Shown here: piece after piece, positions 19,700 to 28,415 of the stretch
How the letters are laid out: every line of letters starts with the position of its first letter
How positions within the stretch are numbered: position 1 is the first letter of the stretch
Origin: Myxococcota bacterium
Lineage (GTDB): Bacteria; Myxococcota_A; UBA9160; UBA4427
Direction: 5' to 3'
DNA length: 64,000 nucleotides
NCBI GenBank assembly: GCA_965250285.1
Contig: OZ252299.1
Location: 3,968,001-4,032,000 of the forward strand
The notes under the pieces: model-generated
Database searches by the model: none
Told to the model about the DNA's origin: nothing
The model's input: the letters and a program-made list of their open reading frames with translations, nothing else
Program-made: the position numbers and the translations under genes

Positions 19700-20542
19700 A
19701 TGCTGCGATGGCAGATCGGTGACGTCCGCATCACGCGCGTTCAGGAGCTCGAAGCGCCCGGCCTCAGCTGGCTGCTGCCCGACGCGACGCCCGACAATCT
19801 CGCGACGATCCCGTGGATCGGCCCCTTCGTCGATGCCAACGGCAAAGGCGTCGCCAGCGTGCATGCGCTGATCGTCGAGGCGCCCGACTGCACGGTGGTC
19901 GTCGACACCTGCGTGGGCAACGACAAAGAGCGCTCGGTGCCTTTCTGGAGCGGGCTTCAGACACGCTTCCTCGATGACTTCGAAGCAGCCGGTCCCGGGG
20001 CCGCGGCCGTCGATGCGGTCGTCTGCACGCACCTCCACATCGATCATGTCGGCTGGAACACGCGCCTCGAAGGCGATCGCTGGGTGCCCACGTTCGAGAA
20101 CGCCCGCTATCTGGTCGGACGCACCGAGTGGGAGCACTGGAACAAGGAGGGCGACGACGACCAGCAGCAGATCCTGACCGATTCGGTCCGCCCGATCTTC
20201 GACGCCGATCAGGTCGACCTGGTCGAGAGCGATCACCGGATCTGCGACGAGGTGCGACTCGAACCGACGCCGGGCCACACGCCCGGCCATGTCTCGGTGC
20301 GGGTCGAGAGCGGCGGGGAGAGCGCCGTCATCACCGGCGATCTCATGCACCATCCCGGACAGATCGCGCACCCCGAGTGGTGTGCCGTGGTCGACAGCGA
20401 CGTCGAGCAGGCGCTCGATACGCGGCGCGGGTTCCTCGAGCGCTTCGCCGATACGCCGACGCTCGTCATCGGGACGCACTTCGCCGGCCCCACGGCGGGG
20501 CGGCTCGTGCGGGAAGGCGACGCCTACCGATTCGACTACTGA
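19700..20542 (+). CDS. MBL-fold metallo-hydrolase
   Basis: THLHIDHVGWN, TPGHTPGH, TGDLMHH, GTHF motifs. Confidence 0.92.
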   Translation: MLRWQIGDVRITRVQELEAPGLSWLLPDATPDNLATIPWIGPFVDANGKGVASVHALIVEAPDCTVVVDTCVGNDKERSVPFWSGLQTRFLDDFEAAGPGAAAVDAVVCTHLHIDHVGWNTRLEGDRWVPTFENARYLVGRTEWEHWNKEGDDDQQQILTDSVRPIFDADQVDLVESDHRICDEVRLEPTPGHTPGHVSVRVESGGESAVITGDLMHHPGQIAHPEWCAVVDSDVEQALDTRRGFLERFADTPTLVIGTHFAGPTAGRLVREGDAYRFDY

Positions 20543-20557
20543 GCGACGGGTGAGCGC

Positions 20558-21379
20558 TCAGCGCTCGGGCCAGGCGGCCTCCATCGCTTCGAGCTTCGAA
20601 GCCATACCGAGCTGGTCGACGGTCGATGCGCCATCGACGGCGAAGATCTGGCCGCTGACGTACGAGGCGGCGTCGCTGACCAGAAAGAGCACCGCCTGAG
20701 CCATCTCGGCGCGTGTGCCGTCGCGGCCCAGCGGCACCGTCGAGCCCTCGCTCCCGCCCACGGCCGCATCGAAGCGCGCCATCCCTTCGGTGTCCGCAAT
20801 CGGCCCCGGCATCACGCCGTTGACGCGGACGCCGTGGCGCCCCCATTCGACGGCGCACGTGCGGGTGAGCGAATCGACACCGGCCTTCGCGGCGGCGACG
20901 TGGGCCTGCAGCGCAGCCCCCTTGCCCTCGAAGGGCGCCGAGATGTTGACGATGTTGCCGCCGTGGTCACGCAGCCAGGCCTCGTGCGCGAGCTTCGAGC
21001 AGTTGTACGTCCCGAGCAGATCGATGTCGACGATCGTCTTGAACCCGTTCGGCGAGATGCGGCCGAGGGGCGCGGGGAAGTTACCGGCCGCGTTGTTCAC
21101 GAGAATGTCGATGCGCGCCCAGCGATCGAGCACCGCGGTGATCATGCCGCGCACCTGCTCGACGTCACGGATGTCGCAAGGGACGTGGAAGACGTCGAGA
21201 CCTTCCGCTGCGAGTTCGGCCGTGGCCCGTTCGAGATTCTCGACCTTGCGACTGCAGATGCAGACCCGAGCACCGTGCGCGCCGAGGGTGCGCGCGATCT
21301 CGAAGCCGATGCCGGTCGCCCCTCCCGTTACGATCGCCACCTGATCACTCAAGATGTCGTCTCGAAACACGCTCGCCAT
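20558..21379 (-). CDS. SDR, 2,4-dienoyl-CoA reductase-like
   Basis: TGGATGIG, NNAAGNF, HVAAAKAGVD (DECR-type), PGPIADTEG motifs. Confidence 0.88.
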   Translation of the reverse strand: MASVFRDDILSDQVAIVTGGATGIGFEIARTLGAHGARVCICSRKVENLERATAELAAEGLDVFHVPCDIRDVEQVRGMITAVLDRWARIDILVNNAAGNFPAPLGRISPNGFKTIVDIDLLGTYNCSKLAHEAWLRDHGGNIVNISAPFEGKGAALQAHVAAAKAGVDSLTRTCAVEWGRHGVRVNGVMPGPIADTEGMARFDAAVGGSEGSTVPLGRDGTRAEMAQAVLFLVSDAASYVSGQIFAVDGASTVDQLGMASKLEAMEAAWPER

Positions 21380-21543
21380 ACGGCCTCCCCTTCGAAGAGG
21401 CCACGCTAGCGCAGCAGCTTCCGTCGGCGGGCGTCGCGTGGCTGGGGCAGGAAGCCACCCTGGGCCGGCGCGAGGTGTGCCAACGTTGTCGACGCAGGCG
21501 ACGCCAGGCGATGCGCGTCGTACACGAAGGAGGACGAACGACC

Positions 21544-22767
21544 ATGACCGACGTCATGACTGGGATCCGCATTCTCGAGGTGGCCGAGCACACCTTCGTC
21601 CCCGCAGCGTCGGCGATCCTCTCGGATTGGGGCGCCGAAGTCATCAAGGTCGAGCACGCCGAGCGCGGCGATGCGATGCGCGGGCTCGCGAGTACGGGCA
21701 CCGTGTCGTTCGGCGGCGGCGTCCACGTGCTGAACGAGCACTCGAACCGCGGCAAGCGTTCGATCGGCGTCGACCTGACCCAGCCGGAGGGTCGAGAGGT
21801 GCTCTACCGGCTGGTCGCGACGAGTGATGTGTTCCTGACCAACAAGCTCCCGGGTGTGCTCACGAAGCTGGGCCTCGAAGTCGACGACCTGCGCGCACAC
21901 AACCCGAAGCTCATCTACGTCCGCGGCACCTCGTTTGGCGCCCGGGGCCCCGAGGCCAACCGCGGCGGTTACGACATGACGGCCTTCTGGTGTCGCGCGG
22001 GCAACGCGGCAAGCGTGACGCCCGCGGCGCTCGGGGGTGTGCTCGCTCAACCCGGCCCCGCCTGGGGCGACTCGATGGGCGGCATGACGATCGCAGGCGG
22101 CATCTGTGGCGCGCTGTTGAAGCGCGAGCGGACGGGGGAGCCCTCGATCGTCGACGTGTCGCTGCTCGCAGCGGGCGGCTGGGCGCTCTCGGGCGCGATC
22201 GCGCTGTCGATGCAGACCGGCAACCCGTGGGCCAACGCCATGCCCGGCGGACGGCTCCCGATCCCGAACCCGCTCGTCGGCATGCACCGCACGGCCGACG
22301 AGCGATTCATCAGCCTGGTGATGCTCCAGGCCGACAAGTACTGGGCCGATTTCTGCGAGCACATCGGTCGCCCTGACCTCGTGACCGACGACCGCTTCGA
22401 TACGGCCGAGAAGCTCGCGGCGAACGCGGGCGACGCCTACGAGATCATCTCGGAGGTCATTGCGACGAAGACGCTGACCGAATGGTCCGAGCGGTTCCAG
22501 ACGCTCGAGGGCCAATGGGCGCCCGTGCAGAACACACTCGAATACGCACAGGATCCCCAGGTCATCGCGAACGGCTACGTCGCGCGCGCCGCGACGAGCG
22601 AGGGCGTCGAGTTCGACCTGGTCGCGTCACCGGTGCAGTTCGATGAGCAGCCCACGGGCACGCGGCGCGCGCCCGACTTCAACGAGCACGGCGACGCCAT
22701 TCTGGCCGAGCTCGGGCTCGACGAAGAGACGGTGCTCGATCTCAAGATGAAGGGCGCCGTGACGTGA
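21544..22767 (+). CDS. Class III CoA-transferase (CaiB/BaiF family)
   Basis: GIRILEVA, LSDWGAEVIKVE, NRGKRS motifs; catalytic Asp in WGDSMGG. Confidence 0.93.
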   Translation: MTDVMTGIRILEVAEHTFVPAASAILSDWGAEVIKVEHAERGDAMRGLASTGTVSFGGGVHVLNEHSNRGKRSIGVDLTQPEGREVLYRLVATSDVFLTNKLPGVLTKLGLEVDDLRAHNPKLIYVRGTSFGARGPEANRGGYDMTAFWCRAGNAASVTPAALGGVLAQPGPAWGDSMGGMTIAGGICGALLKRERTGEPSIVDVSLLAAGGWALSGAIALSMQTGNPWANAMPGGRLPIPNPLVGMHRTADERFISLVMLQADKYWADFCEHIGRPDLVTDDRFDTAEKLAANAGDAYEIISEVIATKTLTEWSERFQTLEGQWAPVQNTLEYAQDPQVIANGYVARAATSEGVEFDLVASPVQFDEQPTGTRRAPDFNEHGDAILAELGLDEETVLDLKMKGAVT

Positions 22768-22805
22768 ATCGCGGCGACGACGTGGGAGCACAGAGCAGCC
22801 GACGT

Positions 22806-23570
22806 TCAGTGATTCCACCAGGCGAGGTCGGTGAACGAACGAAGATCGAGCTCGTGCGTCCAGGTCGACCGGTGCTGCTGCGATACGTGGTAGTAGGTCT
22901 CGGCGATCTTCTCGGGCACCAGCAGGCCGTCGTGCTCGCGGCCCCGCGTCGCGCGCAGCTGCTCGAAGCCCTCGGGGCCGAGCATCTTGCCGAGGGTGTC
23001 GGGCGCATCGACCGCGCCGTCGATCAGGAAGTGCGCGACGTGAATGCCCTTCGACGACAGCTCGGCGTTGAGTGACTGGCAGAGCATCCGGCGACCGCCC
23101 ATCGCTGCGGCATGCGAATGCTGCCCTGCATTGCCTCGCACGGCGGCCGTCGCCGAGGTCACCAGGAACGTGCCGTGGCCTCGCTCGAGCATGTGGGGCA
23201 CGACAGCGGTCGCGGTCCGAAACAGCGCGAACGTCGCGAGCCGCCACCCCATCTCGAACGCCTTGTACGTGGTGTCGGCCAGGTCTCGGTTGCCGATCTG
23301 CGCGCCGAGGTTGAACACGACGACCTCGATCGGCCCGACCTCGGCCTCGACCTGAGCGATGCGATCCTCGATCGAATCGGGCTCGGCCGCATTCAGCAGA
23401 AAGCCAGTCGCCGAGTCGCCGGCTGCCGTGATCCCCTCGACGAGGCGATGCAGCCCCTCTTCGTCGCTCCGGCGACACAGCACGGCGTGGTAGCCCTCGC
23501 GAGCGAACTTCGTACCGACGGTGCCTCCGATGCCGGCACCTGCGCCGATGACGAGACAAACGGGCTTCAT
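22806..23570 (-). CDS. SDR family oxidoreductase (atypical active site)
   Basis: IGAGAGIGG, FNLGAQ, TSATAAVRG, GIHVAH..IDG.VD motifs; GGAGG SD. Confidence 0.88.
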   Translation of the reverse strand: MKPVCLVIGAGAGIGGTVGTKFAREGYHAVLCRRSDEEGLHRLVEGITAAGDSATGFLLNAAEPDSIEDRIAQVEAEVGPIEVVVFNLGAQIGNRDLADTTYKAFEMGWRLATFALFRTATAVVPHMLERGHGTFLVTSATAAVRGNAGQHSHAAAMGGRRMLCQSLNAELSSKGIHVAHFLIDGAVDAPDTLGKMLGPEGFEQLRATRGREHDGLLVPEKIAETYYHVSQQHRSTWTHELDLRSFTDLAWWNH

Positions 23571-23757
23571 GGGTTGGACCTCCGATGGACGCGCCGTCAT
23601 GGTGGCGCATTCCGCGGCATCCGACTCGCCGGCCGCACGCCGGCCCACCTCGCCCGAACGACTCGGGTGCGGGCAGACGCCCCCTGCCGGCGCGATATTC
23701 GTCGCCTCCGCGCCCCGATCGTGGTAGTCAAGAGGAATCATCCCGGAGGCCGCACCC

Positions 23758-25320
23758 ATGCAGAACAACATCGGCTGCCTGCTCACGAAGCGAGCGAGCC
23801 TCAACCCCGATCTCGAGGCCGTCTTCGACGTCGCCACCGACCGACGATTCAGCTACGCCGAAGCCAACGCCCGCTGCAATCAGACGGCCAACGCGCTGCG
23901 CGCGCTCGGCGTCGCCAAGGGCGACCGCGTCGGCCTGCTGCTGATGAACAGCATGGAGTTCTTCGAGAGCTTTCTGGCCATCGCGAAGGCCGGCGGCATC
24001 TGCGTGCCGCTCAATTGGCGCCTCGTCCCCGACGAGCTCGAGTTCATCCTGAACGACAGCGGCACGACGACGCTGATCTTCGGCGACGAGTTCAAAGACG
24101 CAGTGGCCGACCTGCAATCGCGCCCGACGCTCTCTGGCCAGGGCGACGGCGCCACCACCATTGCGCACTATCTGCAGGTGGGCGGTGACCTCGCGCCCTT
24201 CGCACTCGACTACACCGACACGTGCGGCGCGGCCTCGACCGACGAGCCCGAGATCACCGCCAGCGACGACGACGAGCTCTACATCATGTACACGTCGGGC
24301 ACGACGGGGCTGCCGAAGGGGGTCGTCCACACCCACGCGACCTCGATCTGGGCGTGCGTCACGATGATCACGACGTGCGAGATCCGACACGGCGACCGAT
24401 ACATCGTCGCCCTGCCGCTCTTTCACGTTGGCGCGCTGTCACCGATGACGCTCAACGTGCACCGCGGCTGCACCAGCATCATCATGCGCGCGTTCGACCC
24501 GAGTCAGGTGTGGCACATCATCGAAGACGAGAAGGTCGACAACATGCTGGCAGTGCCAGCCATGCTGAACTTCATGCTCCAGGTGCCCGACCACGAACAG
24601 GTCGACTACTCGAAGCTCCGATGGATCATGAGCGGCGCGGCGCCCGTGCCCGTCGAGCTGATCAAGAAGTACGCCGAGATGGGCATCGACATCCACCAGG
24701 TCTACGGAATGACCGAGAGCTGCGGGCCTGCGTGCCTGACGAGCCCGGAGACGGCGATCACCAAGGCGGGCTCGACGGGCAAGGCGTTCTTCCACACCGA
24801 CGTGAAGGTCATGCGCGACGACGGCACCGAGGCCGACCCGGGCGAGCCCGGCGAGGTGTGGATCCGCGGGCCACACGTCATGAAGGAGTATTGGAACCGG
24901 CCCGACGCCACCGCCGAGACGCTGGTCGACGGCGGATGGCTTCGCTCGGGCGACGTGGCCACCGTCGACGACGAGGGCTTCGTCTACATCCAGGATCGCA
25001 AGAAGGACATGATCATCTCGGGCGGCGAGAACGTGTACCCGGCCGAGGTCGAGAACGTGATCTTGGCGCATCCGGGCGTCGCCGACGTCGCCGTCATCGG
25101 GCAACCGAGCACCAAGTGGGGCGAGTCGGGGTTCGCGGTCGTGGTGAAGGCCGACGATGGGCTCGCCGAGTCGGACGTGCTCGACCACTGCCAGGGCAAG
25201 CTCGCACGCTTCAAGCAGCCGAGAGGGGTCGCGTTCATCGAGACGATCCCGCGCAACCCGAGCGGCAAGGCGCTCAAGCGCATCCTGCGAGAGCAGTTTC
25301 CGGGGCCGGCGAGCGAGTAG
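23758..25320 (+). CDS. Long-chain acyl-CoA ligase (AMP-binding family)
   Basis: YTSGTTGLPKG, YGMTE, SGD, DRKKDMIISGGENVYP, PRNPSGK motifs. Confidence 0.95.
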   Translation: MQNNIGCLLTKRASLNPDLEAVFDVATDRRFSYAEANARCNQTANALRALGVAKGDRVGLLLMNSMEFFESFLAIAKAGGICVPLNWRLVPDELEFILNDSGTTTLIFGDEFKDAVADLQSRPTLSGQGDGATTIAHYLQVGGDLAPFALDYTDTCGAASTDEPEITASDDDELYIMYTSGTTGLPKGVVHTHATSIWACVTMITTCEIRHGDRYIVALPLFHVGALSPMTLNVHRGCTSIIMRAFDPSQVWHIIEDEKVDNMLAVPAMLNFMLQVPDHEQVDYSKLRWIMSGAAPVPVELIKKYAEMGIDIHQVYGMTESCGPACLTSPETAITKAGSTGKAFFHTDVKVMRDDGTEADPGEPGEVWIRGPHVMKEYWNRPDATAETLVDGGWLRSGDVATVDDEGFVYIQDRKKDMIISGGENVYPAEVENVILAHPGVADVAVIGQPSTKWGESGFAVVVKADDGLAESDVLDHCQGKLARFKQPRGVAFIETIPRNPSGKALKRILREQFPGPASE

Positions 25321-25323
25321 CGC

Positions 25324-25343
25324 AGCGCGCGTGGGCGCGCGCT
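25324..25343. terminator. Short hairpin between convergent genes
   Basis: agcgcgcg-tggg-cgcgcgct. Confidence 0.4.
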
Positions 25344-26162
25344 TCAGTCGCGTACGCGACGGACGTATCCGGGCGGCTTCGACCCGTGTTCGTCGACGAG
25401 GTCGAACTCGTCGGCGAGATCCTCGACCCACTGGATCGTGCCGCTGCGCTCGGCGGCGCCGCCCGAGGCCGCCAGCGCCGCGACCGCGCGCCCGACGAAG
25501 AGCGGCGTCTGCAGCCCGGGCGGCACCTGGCCGCCCGACGACTCGACGATGAACTCGGTCGAGACCGCGCCCGGGTAGAGCGAGATCGCCGCGACGTCCT
25601 TGCCTTCGGCCTCGAACTCGTGCGCCATGTCGGCCGTCAGCCGGTCGAGCCCCGCCTTACCCGCCCCGTACGACGAAGAGAAGTGATAGCTCTGCCCGCC
25701 GGGCGAAGACACATTCACGATGAGCGCGCCGCCCGGCGCGGCGAAGAGCAGCTTCGCCGCGTGCCAACTCGCGACGTAGTGCGCACGCAGACCGATCCCC
25801 ACCTGATCGTCCCAGATGCGGATCGGATGATCCCAGAAGCCGCCGCCCCAGGCGGGCGGGCTCGGCACGCGATAGACGTTGTTCACGAGCAGATCGATAT
25901 GCGACTGCTCGCGGCCGATCTGTTCGAAGAGCCGTGCGATCTCATCGTCATCGGCGTGATCGCAGCGGATCGCGATGCCGCGGCCCCCGGCCGCGTCGAC
26001 CGCGGCCGCCGTCGCTTCGATCGTCCGATCGCCCGCACCGCTCGTCGTCCCGGTCAGGTACACCGTCGCACCGAGTTCCCCCAGCGCGATCGCAATGCCG
26101 CGGCCGACGCCGCGGCTCGCGCCGGTGACGACCGCGATGCGTCCTTCGAGCGCGCCGCTCAC
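25344..26162 (-). CDS. SDR family oxidoreductase (DHRS1-like)
   Basis: TGASRGVGRG, CDHADD, YGAGK motifs. GTG start overlaps the upstream stop. Confidence 0.9.
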   Translation of the reverse strand: MSGALEGRIAVVTGASRGVGRGIAIALGELGATVYLTGTTSGAGDRTIEATAAAVDAAGGRGIAIRCDHADDDEIARLFEQIGREQSHIDLLVNNVYRVPSPPAWGGGFWDHPIRIWDDQVGIGLRAHYVASWHAAKLLFAAPGGALIVNVSSPGGQSYHFSSSYGAGKAGLDRLTADMAHEFEAEGKDVAAISLYPGAVSTEFIVESSGGQVPPGLQTPLFVGRAVAALAASGGAAERSGTIQWVEDLADEFDLVDEHGSKPPGYVRRVRD

Positions 26163-26962
26163 TGATCGCCCTCGCTGAGACGCGCCATCGCGGCCTGCAT
26201 CGAGGCGGCGACGTCTTCGGCGCGAGGCAGCCGCCGCGTCGAGGTCCCGCCGTCGATGTGCAGGTTCGAGCCAGTGATGAACTTCGACGCGTCGCTCGCG
26301 AGAAAGAGCACCGCGTCGGTCACGTCTTCGACCGTCGGGAGCTCGCCCATCGGCGTCTCCTTCTCGAAGGCGTCGGTGAAGCCAGGGATCTTGAACAAAT
26401 TCTCGACCATCGGTGTCTCGACGGTCGTCGGCGAGACGACGTTCACCCGGATCTGCTTCGGTCCGTACTCCGAAGCGGCGATGCGACTCGCGTGGTTGAT
26501 GCCCGCCTTGGCACCGGCATAGGGCGCATAGCCATCGGCCACCAGCGTGCCGGTGAGCGAAGACATCGTGATGATCGAGCCGCCCTCGCCCATCGCGTTC
26601 GCCATGTGCTGGATGAAGTAGAGCGCACCCGTGAACTGCACGGCGACCATCGGCTCGACGTTCTCTTCTTCGAGATCGGCAATCGGACACATGTGCTCGA
26701 AGCCGGCGCAGTTCACGGCCACGTCGAGGTGCCCGAACGCGTCGAGCGCGGCGGCGGCCAGCGCCTTCAGATCGGCGAAGCGGCTCGCGTCGCACACCCG
26801 AGACTCGACGCCCAGCTCGCTTGCGACCTGCTCGAGCTTCGCCTGCCCGCGCGCCGCGATCATCACCTTCGCGCCCTCGGCGACGAATCGCCGGGCGATC
26901 GATTCACCGAACCCACTCGAACCACCGACGACGACGGCGGCCTTTCCGTCTAGAGAACCCAT
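26159..26962 (-). CDS. SDR family oxidoreductase
   Basis: GGSSGFG, NCAG, YAGAK, IDGG motifs. Confidence 0.92.
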   Translation of the reverse strand: MGSLDGKAAVVVGGSSGFGESIARRFVAEGAKVMIAARGQAKLEQVASELGVESRVCDASRFADLKALAAAALDAFGHLDVAVNCAGFEHMCPIADLEEENVEPMVAVQFTGALYFIQHMANAMGEGGSIITMSSLTGTLVADGYAPYAGAKAGINHASRIAASEYGPKQIRVNVVSPTTVETPMVENLFKIPGFTDAFEKETPMGELPTVEDVTDAVLFLASDASKFITGSNLHIDGGTSTRRLPRAEDVAASMQAAMARLSEGDQ

Positions 26963-27149
26963 GATGAGAGGATCCTAGTCGATGGCGCGCCGCCCATGCA
27001 CGATTCGGGCATTTCTGTCTCCCCGCCGGAGCCCATCCAGCGCGGCCCGCGCCTGCTCGGTGCGAGATCCACCCTCTCTTGTGTCGCGCGGGATTCGATC
27101 GCTGCCCGCCGCCTCCCGGTACCGCATCATTGGAACGGGAGCGACGAAC

Positions 27150-28409
27150 ATGACCGCATTCTCAGGCTTCGACCCGGGCGACCCGAGCGCGCAGCAGAAC
27201 CCCTTTCCGCACTACCAGCGGCTGCGGAAGGAGGCGCCCGTCTATCGGCACCCGAAGACGGGTGTCTACTACGTGTCGCGCTACGCCACCGTGCGCACGG
27301 TGCTCGCCGATCCGGTGACGTACTCGTCGCGATTCAGCAATGCCGCGACCATGCCCGAGAACCCGGCGGTGCTCGCCGAGCTGGGCAAGATCGCGTCGAA
27401 GGCCGCCGGCTACCTGCCCCCGAAGCCGACGATGGTCACGGCGGACCCACCGGTCCACACGCGCTACCGCAAGGCGGTCGCGCCGCTCATCGGCCCCCGT
27501 CGGATCCGCGCCATCGAGGATCGCATCCGCGGCATCGCGCGCGACCTGATGTCGAAGTGGCCCGACGCTGGACGCGTCGACTTCAAGCGCGACTTCGCGT
27601 CGAAGCTGCCCAACCGCATGATCGCCGGCCTGCTCGGCATCGACCGCGACGGTGAGGATGCCCTCGACAAGTGGTCCGATGACTGCGTCGCCGCGATCGG
27701 CGCCGACATCGACGACGACGCACGCATCGAGGCGATGAAGGGCATGGTCGACATGATGCTCTTCTGGGCCGAAGAGATCGAGCGTCGCCGCGCAGATCCA
27801 GGTGACGACATCGTGAGCGATCTCGTCCGGGCCGAGATCGAGCTGCCCGGCGAAGAGAAACGCCCCCTCGACCCTCAGGAGCTGCTCTCGATCATTGCCC
27901 AGCTTCAAGTGGCGGGGAAGGAGGCCTCGACGAAAGGCATCGACGAGGTGATGAAGATGGTCGCCGAGCGACCCGACGTGTGGCAGCGCATGCGCACCGA
28001 ACCCGAATCGATCCGCAACGTCGTCGAGGAGGGCATGCGGCTCGCGTCGCCCAATCAGGGCCTCTTTCGCACCTCGACCGCCGACAGCACGCTCGACGGG
28101 GTCGAGATCCCAGCCGACTCGACGCTCTGGGTGATGTTCGGATCGGCGAATCGCGACGAGGCCCAGTTCGACGATCCCGAGCAGTTCGATCCCGACCGAG
28201 ACAACCTGCGCGATCACCTCGCCTTCGGCATCGGCGCCCACTTCTGCATCGGCGCCCCCCTCGCCCGAGCCGAGCTGAACGTCTCGCTCGAGGAGCTGAC
28301 GAAGCGATACGCACGCGTGCGCCTGCCCGACGATTTCGATCTGGTCTACGAGCCGAGCTTCATCCTGCGCGGCCTCGAACGCCTCGAGATCGAGGTCGAA
28401 GCGGGCTGA
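27150..28409 (+). CDS. Cytochrome P450
   Basis: DPPVHTRYR, I-helix AGKEAS, EEGMR (ExxR), heme motif FGIGAHFCIG. Confidence 0.95.
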   Translation: MTAFSGFDPGDPSAQQNPFPHYQRLRKEAPVYRHPKTGVYYVSRYATVRTVLADPVTYSSRFSNAATMPENPAVLAELGKIASKAAGYLPPKPTMVTADPPVHTRYRKAVAPLIGPRRIRAIEDRIRGIARDLMSKWPDAGRVDFKRDFASKLPNRMIAGLLGIDRDGEDALDKWSDDCVAAIGADIDDDARIEAMKGMVDMMLFWAEEIERRRADPGDDIVSDLVRAEIELPGEEKRPLDPQELLSIIAQLQVAGKEASTKGIDEVMKMVAERPDVWQRMRTEPESIRNVVEEGMRLASPNQGLFRTSTADSTLDGVEIPADSTLWVMFGSANRDEAQFDDPEQFDPDRDNLRDHLAFGIGAHFCIGAPLARAELNVSLEELTKRYARVRLPDDFDLVYEPSFILRGLERLEIEVEAG

Positions 28410-28415
28410 GCTCGG

